Part shown: positions 39,382 to 48,816 of the stretch, one piece after another
How the letters are laid out: each line of letters opens with the position of its first letter
Numbering within the stretch: position 1 is the first letter of the stretch
Source: Cyclobacteriaceae bacterium
Lineage (GTDB): Bacteria > Bacteroidota > Bacteroidia > Cytophagales > Cyclobacteriaceae
Direction: 5' to 3'
Assembly (NCBI GenBank): GCA_046317775.1
Contig: JBKCVO010000066.1
Span: 7,872 to 71,871 of the forward strand
Length of the DNA: 64,000 nt
Position numbers and translations under genes: made by a program
The notes under the pieces: model-generated
Databases searched by the model: none
The model's input: only the letters and a program-made list of their open reading frames with translations
What the model was told of the DNA's origin: nothing

Positions 39382-40514
39382 CCTACAGAAACGGGTTTAA
39401 GTTCTTGAGCAAGGGCTTCTAAAAAGAGATCAATCTCTGCCTGCGAAATCGCAAGCGATGGCAACAAGCGCACCGTATTGGGTTTTGCTTCTCCGGTAAA
39501 GATATGATGTTTGAAAAGCAGTTCTTTTCGAAGCGAGGCCAGTTCCTCGGGTAAATCAAAACCAATCATCAAACCTTGACCGCGCACATCGACAATAGCA
39601 TCCATTCCTTTTAATTGTGCGATCAGTTGCTCACCCAATTGATGAGCCTTCGCCATCAGATTTTCTTTTTCGATTACTTCTAGCACAGCCAGTGATGCAG
39701 CGCAGGCAAGGTAGTTTCCACCAAAGGTAGTGCCCAACATTCCACTCCAAGGTTGAATGGAAGGATGAATCAACACACCACCCACCGGAAAACCGTTTCC
39801 CATTCCTTTTGCAATGGTAATCAAATCGGCTTCGATGCCGGCAAACTGATGTGCGAAGAATTTTCCGGTACGGCCATAGCCGGATTGTACTTCATCTAAG
39901 ATTAATAATGCACCAACTTCCTTACACTTTTTAGAAAGCAATTGTAGAAATTCATTCGTAGGAACGTGGATTCCCCCAACTCCCTGAATACCTTCGATGA
40001 TGACAGCAGCTACTTCATTATTGATTGCCTTCGTGAATGCATCCGCATCGTTGAAGGGTAAAAACTGAATAGCATGATCGGCATTGAAAGGTGCAACGAT
40101 CTTTGGATTGTCGGTGGCGGCAACAGCTCCGGAGGTTCTTCCATGAAATGCCTTTTTAAAGGAAATTACTTTTTTACGACCAGTAACAAACGAAGCAAGC
40201 TTCAATGCGTTTTCATTGGCCTCGGCTCCGGAGTTACACAGAAACAATTGGTGGTTGGGATAACCGCTCAGCCGGCCAAGATGCTCTGCCAGTTTTTCTT
40301 GCAATTCATTTTTAATGCTGTTGGAGTAAAAGCTGATTTTATCCAACTGAGATTTCAGTGCTTCTACAAAATGCGGATGGTTGTGCCCGATGGAGATGAC
40401 AGCATGGCCACCATATAAATCAAGATATTTTTTGCCTTCTTTATCCCACAGCCAAGAGCCATGTGCCTTGACAGGTTCAATAGGAAAGAGTGGATATACG
40501 TCAAATAGTTTCAA
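39378..40514 (-). CDS. argD: Acylornithine aminotransferase
   Basis: NSGAEANE, FHGRT, DEVQSGYGRTG, AKG, TTFGGN. Confidence 0.9.
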   Translation of the reverse strand: MKLFDVYPLFPIEPVKAHGSWLWDKEGKKYLDLYGGHAVISIGHNHPHFVEALKSQLDKISFYSNSIKNELQEKLAEHLGRLSGYPNHQLFLCNSGAEANENALKLASFVTGRKKVISFKKAFHGRTSGAVAATDNPKIVAPFNADHAIQFLPFNDADAFTKAINNEVAAVIIEGIQGVGGIHVPTNEFLQLLSKKCKEVGALLILDEVQSGYGRTGKFFAHQFAGIEADLITIAKGMGNGFPVGGVLIHPSIQPWSGMLGTTFGGNYLACAASLAVLEVIEKENLMAKAHQLGEQLIAQLKGMDAIVDVRGQGLMIGFDLPEELASLRKELLFKHHIFTGEAKPNTVRLLPSLAISQAEIDLFLEALAQELKPVSVG

Positions 40515-40536
40515 GTTCTGTTTTGTTTAAATGTGT

Positions 40537-41514
40537 TTAAAAAACGATCGGTTTCAGTTTCAATCCCAGCGTTTCATCGAATCCAAAAATCAAATTCATA
40601 TTTTGAATTGCCTGCCCGCTGGCGCCTTTTACCAGATTATCGATGGCAGAGTGGATGACCAGTTGGTTGCCTACTTTTTCCAAATACAAAAGGCATTTAT
40701 TGGTATTCACTACCTGCTTCATATCGATCATGCTCTCCGCTACATGCGTGAAGGGATGCGAGGTGTAGAAATCTTTATACAGTTGATTGGCCTCTTCCAA
40801 ACTTAGGTTTGATTCAAGCACCGATGTCACAAAAATGCCTCTCGTAAAATCACCGCGCCAGGGAATAAAATGAACATTGTCGGCAAATGCTGGCTGCAAC
40901 GAGCGCAGCGTCTGTTGGATTTCTCCTAAGTGTTGATGCTTAAGCGTTTTGTAAGGCGATATGTTATTCGCTCGCCAGGTAAAGTGCGTGGTATCTTGTA
41001 ATTTTTGTCCGGCACCTGTTGAACCCGTAATGCCGGTAGTGTGTACGGACTTTAACAGACCGGCTTTCGCCAGCGGCAACAATCCCAATTGAATCGCGGT
41101 AGCAAAGCAACCGGGGTTGGCAATGTTTTTAGCGCCTTTAATTTTTTCGCGTTGAAACTCGGGCAATCCGTATACAAACTCCCGACCCGAAACGGAATCG
41201 CCCAGACGAAAGTCATTTCCCAAGTCGATGATATGTGTAGTGGCAGGAAACGTAGTTTCACTCAACAGTTTTTTGCTTTCTCCGTGACTCAGGCACAAAA
41301 ACAACACATCAACTTCCTGATTAAAATCTGCACTGAAAGTCAAATTGGTTTCGCCTACCAAATCTCCATGAATAGAGGTGATCGGTTTACCCGCCTGACT
41401 GCGACTTTGTACAAACTTCAGTTCCACCTGCGGATGGTTGAGCAACAATCGCACGGTTTCTCCTCCGGTGTAGCCAGCTCCTCCAATAATTCCTGCCTGA
41501 ATTTTTTTTGTCAT
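40537..41514 (-). CDS. argC: N-acyl-gamma-glutamyl-phosphate reductase
   Basis: GGAGYTG, ANPGCF, GSTGAG, IDNLVKGASGQA. Confidence 0.95.
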   Translation of the reverse strand: MTKKIQAGIIGGAGYTGGETVRLLLNHPQVELKFVQSRSQAGKPITSIHGDLVGETNLTFSADFNQEVDVLFLCLSHGESKKLLSETTFPATTHIIDLGNDFRLGDSVSGREFVYGLPEFQREKIKGAKNIANPGCFATAIQLGLLPLAKAGLLKSVHTTGITGSTGAGQKLQDTTHFTWRANNISPYKTLKHQHLGEIQQTLRSLQPAFADNVHFIPWRGDFTRGIFVTSVLESNLSLEEANQLYKDFYTSHPFTHVAESMIDMKQVVNTNKCLLYLEKVGNQLVIHSAIDNLVKGASGQAIQNMNLIFGFDETLGLKLKPIVF

Positions 41515-41521
41515 GGTTGAA

Positions 41522-42727
41522 TTATTTCTCACCCGGTTGTGAATTCATCACCTGATGGTAAATCGCCACCTGGTTGCCAAATATTTTGGTGAAGCCTTTC
41601 ACATCGTCACCGCTCCAACCCAGATTCATTTCGCCATACTTTCCAAACTTAGCCGACATCAAATCAAAGTTCGATTCAATACCATTGATTTGATAGCGGT
41701 AGGGGTGAAGCGTAATCGAAACTTCGCCTGTACAGTTTTGCTGGGTGCTTTTGAGAAAGCTTTCAATGTCGCGCATCACCGGATCAAGGTATTGGCCTTC
41801 GTGCAGCCAGTTGCCATAGAATTGCGCCAGCTGATCTTTCCAACTCAATTGCCATTTGGTGAGCACATGTTTTTCGAGGGCGTGATGCGCCTTTAAGATC
41901 AATACAGGTGCAGCAGCTTCAAAACCCACTCGGCCTTTGATACCAATGATGGTGTCGCCTACGTGAATATCGCGGCCAATCCCGTAAGGAGCAGCTATGG
42001 CTTGTAGTTGTTGAATCACTTCAGTTGGGTGAGCATATTTTTTTCCGTTCAACGAAACGGGTTCACCTTTCTCATATCCAATTCTTATTTCTTCGCTTCC
42101 GGTTTTGGTTACCGGTGTGGGCCATGCTTCTTCGGGTAGTTGTCCTAACGAGTTAAGTGTTTCTTTGCCACCTACGCTCGTGCCCCAAATGCCTTTATTA
42201 ATGGAGTATTTCGCCTTCTCGAAATTGTAAACAACGCCTTTCGCTTTCAGGTATTCAATTTCGGCTTCGCGGCTCAATTTCATATCACGAATAGGCGTGA
42301 TGATTTCAATGCCGGGGGCTAAAATTTGAAACACCATATCAAAGCGCACCTGATCGTTTCCGGCACCGGTGCTGCCGTGTGCTACTGCTTCAGCACCAAT
42401 TTGCTTGGCGTAATTGGCCACCGCTAGCGCCTGTGACATGCGTTCGGCACTCACGCTCAATGGATAGATCGCGTTCTTCAACACATTGCCGAAGATCAGA
42501 TACTTAATCACTTGATCGTAGTAGCGTTTGGTTTCATCGATAGTCCGGTGTGAGGCTACGCCTAAACCCATCGCACGTTTTTCAATGGCCTGAAGTTCGG
42601 CAGCATCAAATCCTCCTGTATTCACCGTAAGGGTATGCACTTCATAATCCAAATCATCGGTCAAATATTTCCCGCAGTACGAAGTATCTAAACCTCCACT
42701 GAATGCCAGCACAACTTTTTTCTTCAT
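41522..42727 (-). CDS. argG: Argininosuccinate synthase
   Basis: LAFSGGLDTS, HGSTGAGNDQVRF, FEAAA. Confidence 0.95.
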   Translation of the reverse strand: MKKKVVLAFSGGLDTSYCGKYLTDDLDYEVHTLTVNTGGFDAAELQAIEKRAMGLGVASHRTIDETKRYYDQVIKYLIFGNVLKNAIYPLSVSAERMSQALAVANYAKQIGAEAVAHGSTGAGNDQVRFDMVFQILAPGIEIITPIRDMKLSREAEIEYLKAKGVVYNFEKAKYSINKGIWGTSVGGKETLNSLGQLPEEAWPTPVTKTGSEEIRIGYEKGEPVSLNGKKYAHPTEVIQQLQAIAAPYGIGRDIHVGDTIIGIKGRVGFEAAAPVLILKAHHALEKHVLTKWQLSWKDQLAQFYGNWLHEGQYLDPVMRDIESFLKSTQQNCTGEVSITLHPYRYQINGIESNFDLMSAKFGKYGEMNLGWSGDDVKGFTKIFGNQVAIYHQVMNSQPGEK

Positions 42728-43479
42728 TACCAAAATAGAAATAGGCTTAAAATTGAATTTTTCTTTTCGCGGGTGTCGCCTTCATCTTTTTTGCGCCAGC
42801 CTTTCAGCAGCACAAATTGTTTGAAGCGTACCCATCTTTCGAACAGCTTGAAGTTACCGGCAAACTCACGCTTGCGGTGGTGCTCCAGATTTCCTTCCGG
42901 GGTAACTACCGTTTGTGCCAACTCGGCTTTTTTCTTCGCCACTTCTTCAGGGTCGTAGAGCATCGCAGTACACATGCAGTTCTGGCGATTTTTGCTCATC
43001 AGAATTTCGTAGTTCACGCAGCTCTGACAGCCTTTCCAAAATTGATCGTCTGTCGTGAGTTGTGAATACGTCACCGGCTCGTAACCGAGCTCGGAGTTAA
43101 TTTTCATTACGGCCAATCCGGTGGTCAATCCAAAGATTTTTGCGTCCGGATATTTCTTTCGGGATAGCTCGAATACTTTGCGCTTGATGAGTGTAGCAAC
43201 TCCCGATTTGCGGAAAGCGGGCGACACGATTAGTCCGCTGTTGGCTACGAACTTTTCGTGTTCCCACGATTCGATGTAGCAAAAGCCAACCCACGTATTA
43301 TCGGGTGTGAGAGCGATGACTGCTTTGCCCTCTTCCATTTTCAATTTGATATAGTCAGGCGAGCGCTTGGCAATCCCTGTTCCACGAGCCTTGGCCGATT
43401 CAGCCATTTCTGTGGTGATTGTTTCTGCAAAATGTGTATCGGCAGCCGTAGCCGCGCGAACAATGATATTGTTTTCCAA
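42727..43479 (-). CDS. GNAT acyltransferase heading the arg operon (probable N-acylglutamate synthase)
   Basis: SAKARGTGIAKR, VANSGLIV, FWKGCQSC; TAATG overlap with argG. Confidence 0.8.
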   Translation of the reverse strand: MENNIIVRAATAADTHFAETITTEMAESAKARGTGIAKRSPDYIKLKMEEGKAVIALTPDNTWVGFCYIESWEHEKFVANSGLIVSPAFRKSGVATLIKRKVFELSRKKYPDAKIFGLTTGLAVMKINSELGYEPVTYSQLTTDDQFWKGCQSCVNYEILMSKNRQNCMCTAMLYDPEEVAKKKAELAQTVVTPEGNLEHHRKREFAGNFKLFERWVRFKQFVLLKGWRKKDEGDTREKKNSILSLFLFW

Positions 43480-43583
43480 TTTGATAAAATGTTAAGAAAT
43501 GGTAGAACCGAGTAAACGTGCGAAAAGCACTTTTACAAAATCACCTGGTGATTTTGAATGACATCAGTACAAAGATGTCGGTA

Positions 43584-43715
43584 TCAGATTCTAATCCGCC
43601 TGTGCGGTCGTCTGCTAACGGTGCAAACCGTAGAGAGAAGGTGAAGCAATGCCTGATCGGCACTGGTGGCGAGCGATGATGCGCTCAAAGGGTGGTTGTT
43701 GACTAATTTTTCCAA
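43584..43715 (-). promoter_or_regulatory. Candidate Arg-rich leader peptide ORF (43 aa)
   Basis: TTG start; MEKLVNNHPLSASSLATSADQALLHLLSTVCTVSRRPHRRIRI*; Arg codons AGA CGA AGG CGG AGA; downstream hairpins; precedes the arg operon. Confidence 0.6.
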
Positions 43716-43871
43716 TTCTCGGTGATGCTTGTTTTAAGTTACGTAAATGGCATTCAAAAAATGTTTTTGTAAAATTAACGGATTTAACAACGAATAATCC
43801 AATATTGAGTTGGAATTTTACAGATTAATTTACTGTTACCAAACGACCGATCGCTTTTTTCTCCACAAGCC

Positions 43872-44435
43872 ATGCAAGAGTTCTTAAATCAATACGGATA
43901 TCTCGCACTCATGATTGGCACGTTTTTCGAAGGCGAAGCGGCTATTCTTGTTGTGTCTTCGCTCATCCATAAAGGTCTCTTTGCATTTCCGTTCACCGTG
44001 TTCTCCGCTTTTCTGGGATCGTTTGCGAGCGATTGGATTTATTACCTCATTGGCAGACTGAATGGAATTTATTTTGTGGCCAAGCGACCGAAGCTGCAAG
44101 AAAAGGTAAGTGTGTTCACCAATTTTTTTCAACGCTACAAATTTCAAGTGCTCTTCAGTTACCGCTTTCTCTATGGTTTTCGCGTGGTGATACCACTGGT
44201 GATTGGTATGAGCGGCTTGCCCCCGATTAAGTTTCTTTTTTACAGCGTATTCACTGGGCTAATTTGGGCAACCACCGTTTGCTCCGTTGGATATTGGACG
44301 GGCGTATTTTTTGAAATCGAACCAACCACATTTCAGGATAATTTACTTTTCGTGATGCTGGGATTCTCCGCGTTTGGACTTACGCTCGGTTACTCCATTA
44401 ATAAGATCATCAAAATGAACTCGGTTAATTCATAA
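43872..44435 (+). CDS. DedA family membrane protein
   Basis: GTFFEGE, SRFLYGFR-like [13 protein letters not shown]. Confidence 0.88.
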   Translation: MQEFLNQYGYLALMIGTFFEGEAAILVVSSLIHKGLFAFPFTVFSAFLGSFASDWIYYLIGRLNGIYFVAKRPKLQEKVSVFTNFFQRYKFQVLFSYRFLYGFRVVIPLVIGMSGLPPIKFLFYSVFTGLIWATTVCSVGYWTGVFFEIEPTTFQDNLLFVMLGFSAFGLTLGYSINKIIKMNSVNS

Positions 44436-44439
44436 GCAA

Positions 44440-45630
44440 ATGGAACAACGAACAATTGGAACACCACTCACTTCATCGGCCACACGTGTGATGATGCTCG
44501 GCTCCGGTGAATTGGGTAAAGAAGTAGTGATCGAATTTCAGCGCTATGGGGTAGAGGTAATCGCAGTCGATCGCTACGATCACGCTCCGGCCATGCAAGT
44601 CGCACATCGTTCGTACACAATTTCGATGTTAGATGGAAAAGCACTGAGAAGTGTAGTTGAGAAGGAGCGACCACACTTTATTGTTCCGGAAGTAGAAGCA
44701 ATTTCCACCGACACATTGGTGGAATTAGAGAAAGAAGGATTTCGGATTATTCCAACAGCCAACGCCACACGATTGACCATGAACCGTGAAGGCATTCGCA
44801 CGTTGGCAGCCGAACAATTGAAGTTGAAAACTTCGCCTTATCAATTTGCGGGTTCGTTCGAAGAGTTTACCAAAGCGATTGATACGATCGGAATTCCTTG
44901 TGTGGTAAAACCTATCATGAGTTCGTCCGGTAAAGGCCAAAGCGTGGTGAAGTCGCCTGCTGATGTAGAAGCCTCCTGGAAGTATGCACAGGAAGGTGGC
45001 CGCAGTGGCGGAGGCAGGGTGATTGTAGAAGGCTTTATCGATTTTGATTATGAAATTACCTTGCTCACCATACGACATAAAGAAGGTGTTTCGTTTTGCG
45101 AACCGATTGGCCATCGGCAAGAACATGGCGACTATCAGGAGTCGTGGCAGCCACACCCCATGCCTGCAAAAGCACTCGAGCGCGCTCAACACATTGCCAA
45201 ACAGGTGGTAGATGCGCTGGGCGGTGTTGGCATTTTTGGTGTTGAATTTTTTGTAAAAGGAGAGGAGGTTTATTTCAGTGAGCTATCGCCTCGCCCGCAC
45301 GACACGGGCATGGTGACGATGATATCACAAGACCTTTCTGAATTTGCGTTACACGTTCGTGCGATTTTGGGTTTACCGATTCCCGTGATTCGTCAGCTGG
45401 GGCCAAGTGCTTCGTCTGTCATTTTAGTGAGAGGACAATCCAAAAATATTTCCTTTTCGGGATTAGAAACTGCACTCAGCGCTCCCGATACACAACTTCG
45501 GTTGTTTGGCAAACCCGAGGTAAATGGCGAGCGAAGAATGGGCGTGTGTCTGGCGAAAGCCGAAACAATTGAAGAAGCCCGAGCCAAAGCAAACGCAGCT
45601 GCAGCGAGCGTGAAGTATCATTTGCAATAG
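44440..45630 (+). CDS. purT: Formate-dependent phosphoribosylglycinamide formyltransferase
   Basis: [41 protein letters not shown]. Confidence 0.95.
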   Translation: MEQRTIGTPLTSSATRVMMLGSGELGKEVVIEFQRYGVEVIAVDRYDHAPAMQVAHRSYTISMLDGKALRSVVEKERPHFIVPEVEAISTDTLVELEKEGFRIIPTANATRLTMNREGIRTLAAEQLKLKTSPYQFAGSFEEFTKAIDTIGIPCVVKPIMSSSGKGQSVVKSPADVEASWKYAQEGGRSGGGRVIVEGFIDFDYEITLLTIRHKEGVSFCEPIGHRQEHGDYQESWQPHPMPAKALERAQHIAKQVVDALGGVGIFGVEFFVKGEEVYFSELSPRPHDTGMVTMISQDLSEFALHVRAILGLPIPVIRQLGPSASSVILVRGQSKNISFSGLETALSAPDTQLRLFGKPEVNGERRMGVCLAKAETIEEARAKANAAAASVKYHLQ

Positions 45631-45637
45631 CGAAAAC

Positions 45638-46000
45638 ATGTCAACGGAAGAGTTATCCAGAATTGCCCATCAGTGGTTTGAGGCTTTCAATCAACACGAT
45701 TTAGAAAAGCTACTCAGTTTGTACGATGAAAATGCACAACACTATTCTCCCAAACTAAAAGTGAGACAACCAGCCACCAATGGATTGATCAAAGGAAAGG
45801 GCGCATTACGCGCGTGGTGGCGAGATTCATTTGATCGACTGCCCTCTTTACAATATGAAGTAGTGCGTCTTACACCTTATCAGGATCGTGTTTTCATGGA
45901 ATACATTCGCCATGTGGAAGGCGAAGAAGATTTGCGCGTAGGAGAAATGCTGGAGATCGATCACAACAAAATTGTGCGCTCATCGGTTTTTCATCAGTGA
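45638..46000 (+). CDS. SnoaL/NTF2-like protein
   Basis: WFEAFNQHDLEKLLSLY, GKGALRAWW. Confidence 0.85.
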   Translation: MSTEELSRIAHQWFEAFNQHDLEKLLSLYDENAQHYSPKLKVRQPATNGLIKGKGALRAWWRDSFDRLPSLQYEVVRLTPYQDRVFMEYIRHVEGEEDLRVGEMLEIDHNKIVRSSVFHQ

Positions 46001-46007
46001 TTTCTTA

Positions 46008-46089
46008 GGGCATCTCTAAAAACACAATTATCCTTCTCCACAAGAGAAGGATATGGATGAGGTATAAAAAGAACGTTTTTAGATATGAC
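46008..46089. repeat. Small MITE/REP-like element
   Basis: Terminal IRs catctctaaaaac / gtttttagatatg (one mismatch) enclosing hairpin atccttctc-cacaa-gagaaggat. Confidence 0.6.
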
Positions 46090-47285
46090 TACTTATCCAT
46101 TAACAGCATGGGATGAATCAATCCTCCTTTCAGAAAATAATCGGCTACCAGTTGACCGAGAGCCGGACCATGTTTAAATCCATGTCCCGATCCTCCGCCT
46201 AAAATCCAGAGGCGATCATTCTCAGGATGCGAGCCTAGCACAAAATTTCCATCTGGAGAGTTTTCATACGGACACACTCGGCTCTCTGCAAGCGGTGCAT
46301 TTTTTAACCCGGGAAAACGATGTCCAATAAACTGCCGGGCTTTGGCCAGAACCTCCGGGTTGTAAATGCGATCGCCATGCGTGGGATCAAACACTTCACC
46401 ACGCTTGTCCACTCCAATCTTAAACCCACGGCTGGCATTTCCCGGAATGCCGTAATAAAAGTCACTGCCATCCAAATCAATCCATGTCGGTAACTGATCG
46501 TAGGCTTTGCTGTTTTCAGAAGGAGCACCAAAGTAATAAGCCTCTTGTTTGCTACACGTAATTTTTTCGCGCAGCAAATCAGGAAATAACTGCCCCAGCC
46601 ACGATCCACAAGCGAAAATTTGCAAGTCGCTTTGAAGCACTTGGCCATTCGATAGTTTCAATCCCGTAAGGTATTGCTTGGCAGATGTGGCTGGTTCTAC
46701 AAAGGCCTGAACAAAAGTGCCGCCTTCGCGGATGAATGCTTCATGAACCGCCTGACAACTTTCACGGGCTTTTAAATAACCGCCAAACGGATCGAGCCAT
46801 GCGTGATGCAGATCGCTTGTTTCAATAACTGGAAATTTTCTCTGGATATCTTCCGGAGTCAGGTAGGTGTATTCCATACTGTGTTTCTTCGCAAAAGGAA
46901 TGGAATCATCTACAATCGGGTTGTGTTCCCGGTAACAAAACCAAATCACTCCATTATTAAAGAACAGTTGCTTGTTCCATCGCTGTTGATTTTCCTTCCA
47001 CAGTTCCAGAGCCTTTACATTCAAGTCGAAGTAAAATTCATTACTGCCATAAGTAGATCTGATCACCCGGGTTTCATCACCCGAGCTGCTGCGAGAGTTG
47101 CCAGCGCCCCATGCATCTACCAATGTAACCTTGTAGCCATTGCGCAAAAGATGCAAGGCCGTCCAACCACCGAACGCCCCGGCACCGACCACGGTGATAG
47201 TCGAACTCAACGGCAAACTTGGAATTGAAGTTTGTGACTTGTTATTTAGAGTATCGGGAGCAAATGTATTGATGTTGGGTTTCAA
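46089..47285 (-). CDS. FAD-dependent oxidoreductase (monomeric sarcosine oxidase-like)
   Basis: VVGAGAFG, SSSGDETRVIR, GGGSGHGFKHGP; start uncertain. Confidence 0.85.
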   Translation of the reverse strand: MKPNINTFAPDTLNNKSQTSIPSLPLSSTITVVGAGAFGGWTALHLLRNGYKVTLVDAWGAGNSRSSSGDETRVIRSTYGSNEFYFDLNVKALELWKENQQRWNKQLFFNNGVIWFCYREHNPIVDDSIPFAKKHSMEYTYLTPEDIQRKFPVIETSDLHHAWLDPFGGYLKARESCQAVHEAFIREGGTFVQAFVEPATSAKQYLTGLKLSNGQVLQSDLQIFACGSWLGQLFPDLLREKITCSKQEAYYFGAPSENSKAYDQLPTWIDLDGSDFYYGIPGNASRGFKIGVDKRGEVFDPTHGDRIYNPEVLAKARQFIGHRFPGLKNAPLAESRVCPYENSPDGNFVLGSHPENDRLWILGGGSGHGFKHGPALGQLVADYFLKGGLIHPMLLMDK

Positions 47286-47391
47286 GCTGAGTTTGTTTTA
47301 ACCTCAACAAATTTAAAGGGTTCCGCCAATAGTCAATGCGCTATCTTTTCCTACACTTATAAATCATTTTGTTAATTATAAAATAGAGAGG

Positions 47392-48009
47392 ATGAAATTG
47401 AAGTACCCAATCAATCTGCATAAAGGTCTCACATTTTTGGTGGTGATCATTCTAATGAAAATATATCACAATGATTCAATCGCAGCTTATCTCTATCTGG
47501 CGCTCCATGGAAGCTACGGATTGATGTGGCTACTGAAAGACCAGCTGTATCCTGATAAACAATGGGAACAATCCGTTTCCATTCCTTACGCGATATTTGT
47601 TTTTGCCGTGCTGGCACTCTACTGGATTGCACCTTTTGTGTTGATCAGTCAGAGCCGAACGCCCTCCATTGAAGTGATAGCTTTGGCAGTTGCGATAAAT
47701 GCAGTAGGAGTGATGCTCCACTTCGCTAGCGATGCTCAAAAGTATTTTACTATAAAGTACAAACCGGGTTTGATTACGGAAGGCTTCTTCGCGCGTAGCC
47801 GCAACATCAACTATTTTGGGGAGGCAATGATCTATGTCAGTTTCGCGCTGCTGTCTGCCAGTTGGCTGGGATGGATTGGGATCGCTGCCTTCTTCTTTGG
47901 AGCATTTGTGCCTAACATGATCAAAAAGGACAAGTCGTTGGCACGTTATCCCGAGTTTGAAGCCTACAAGAAAAAGACCTGGCTTTTCTTACCTCGATTA
48001 ATTCGATAA
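47392..48009 (+). CDS. Membrane protein, steroid 5-alpha-reductase/DUF1295-like
   Basis: Multiple TM helices; SDAQKY..GLITEGFFARSRNINYFGE. Confidence 0.8.
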   Translation: MKLKYPINLHKGLTFLVVIILMKIYHNDSIAAYLYLALHGSYGLMWLLKDQLYPDKQWEQSVSIPYAIFVFAVLALYWIAPFVLISQSRTPSIEVIALAVAINAVGVMLHFASDAQKYFTIKYKPGLITEGFFARSRNINYFGEAMIYVSFALLSASWLGWIGIAAFFFGAFVPNMIKKDKSLARYPEFEAYKKKTWLFLPRLIR

Positions 48010-48582
48010 TATCCAATTATTCCACTCTATTATAATGGTAATCACTAATATCGAGAAGAAGGCCAGTGCAATGAATTGATGTACCCATTCAGCTGAAGGC
48101 TTTTTCCGAATACACATTATTAATAGAAGAGCAGGAAAAAACAGTTTCAGCCATTGGGTGTCCATCCACATATCTCTCACCAGAAGCGCATCGAAGATTG
48201 AGAGAATGGGCAGCACGCTACCGAAAAGAAAAATCTTTCGGTAGTTTTCTAGGTAAAACGTGCGCAAGTCGACAGTTCCATCCTGAAGGCCAAACGGAAA
48301 CAGCAACCGCGCTAGGATGAAAAGAACCACCGGGTAGATCATCACAAATAAAAAGATACCCAGACTCCAGGAAGCTTCACTGCGTAGGTCGTAGGTAGCC
48401 CACCAATCCTGAATGTGCAGAATCAAGATGACAATTACCCACAGCGCGTGTGGCCAATACACTTTCACCCGATTACTTTGATGAATTAAATCGGCAATCC
48501 CGGTGAGCACTTGAGTGATTCCCAGTCCTAAGATGATGGAAATGAGAACAGTTACATATTCGAAGGGACTGATGCTATCCAT
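47998..48582 (-). CDS. Hypothetical multi-pass membrane protein
   Basis: 194 aa; FEYVTVLISIILGLGITQVL, YWPH, about five to six hydrophobic segments. Confidence 0.75.
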   Translation of the reverse strand: MDSISPFEYVTVLISIILGLGITQVLTGIADLIHQSNRVKVYWPHALWVIVILILHIQDWWATYDLRSEASWSLGIFLFVMIYPVVLFILARLLFPFGLQDGTVDLRTFYLENYRKIFLFGSVLPILSIFDALLVRDMWMDTQWLKLFFPALLLIMCIRKKPSAEWVHQFIALAFFSILVITIIIEWNNWILSN

Positions 48583-48749
48583 ACACTCATTGATCTTTAA
48601 AATAGTTCTAAATAGACCGAGCTACTCATTTGTTCAAACAATGGCAACGCTTTGCCTGCAAACTTATCCACATTTACGGACTTATCGCGCCTGCCTTGTT
48701 CGATCACTCATTTTGAGTCAAATAAATATAGGTTGATCTGTAAAATAAA

Positions 48750-48780
48750 TTTGAAATAATGCATTCCGAGTGTAGATTTG
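48750..48780 (+). promoter_or_regulatory. Bacteroidota primary-sigma promoter for the act-cox operon
   Basis: TTTG (48750-53), 19-bp spacer, TAGATTTG (48773-80), matching TTTG-N19-TAnnTTTG. Confidence 0.6.
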
Positions 48781-48816
48781 TGCCATTCCGTAAAAAAGCG
48801 GTTACCTAAACGCGTC

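Noticed and set aside
43536-43566. ArgR ARG box
   Set aside because: The palindrome does not match TGAAT-N4-ATTCA and no tandem pair is present.
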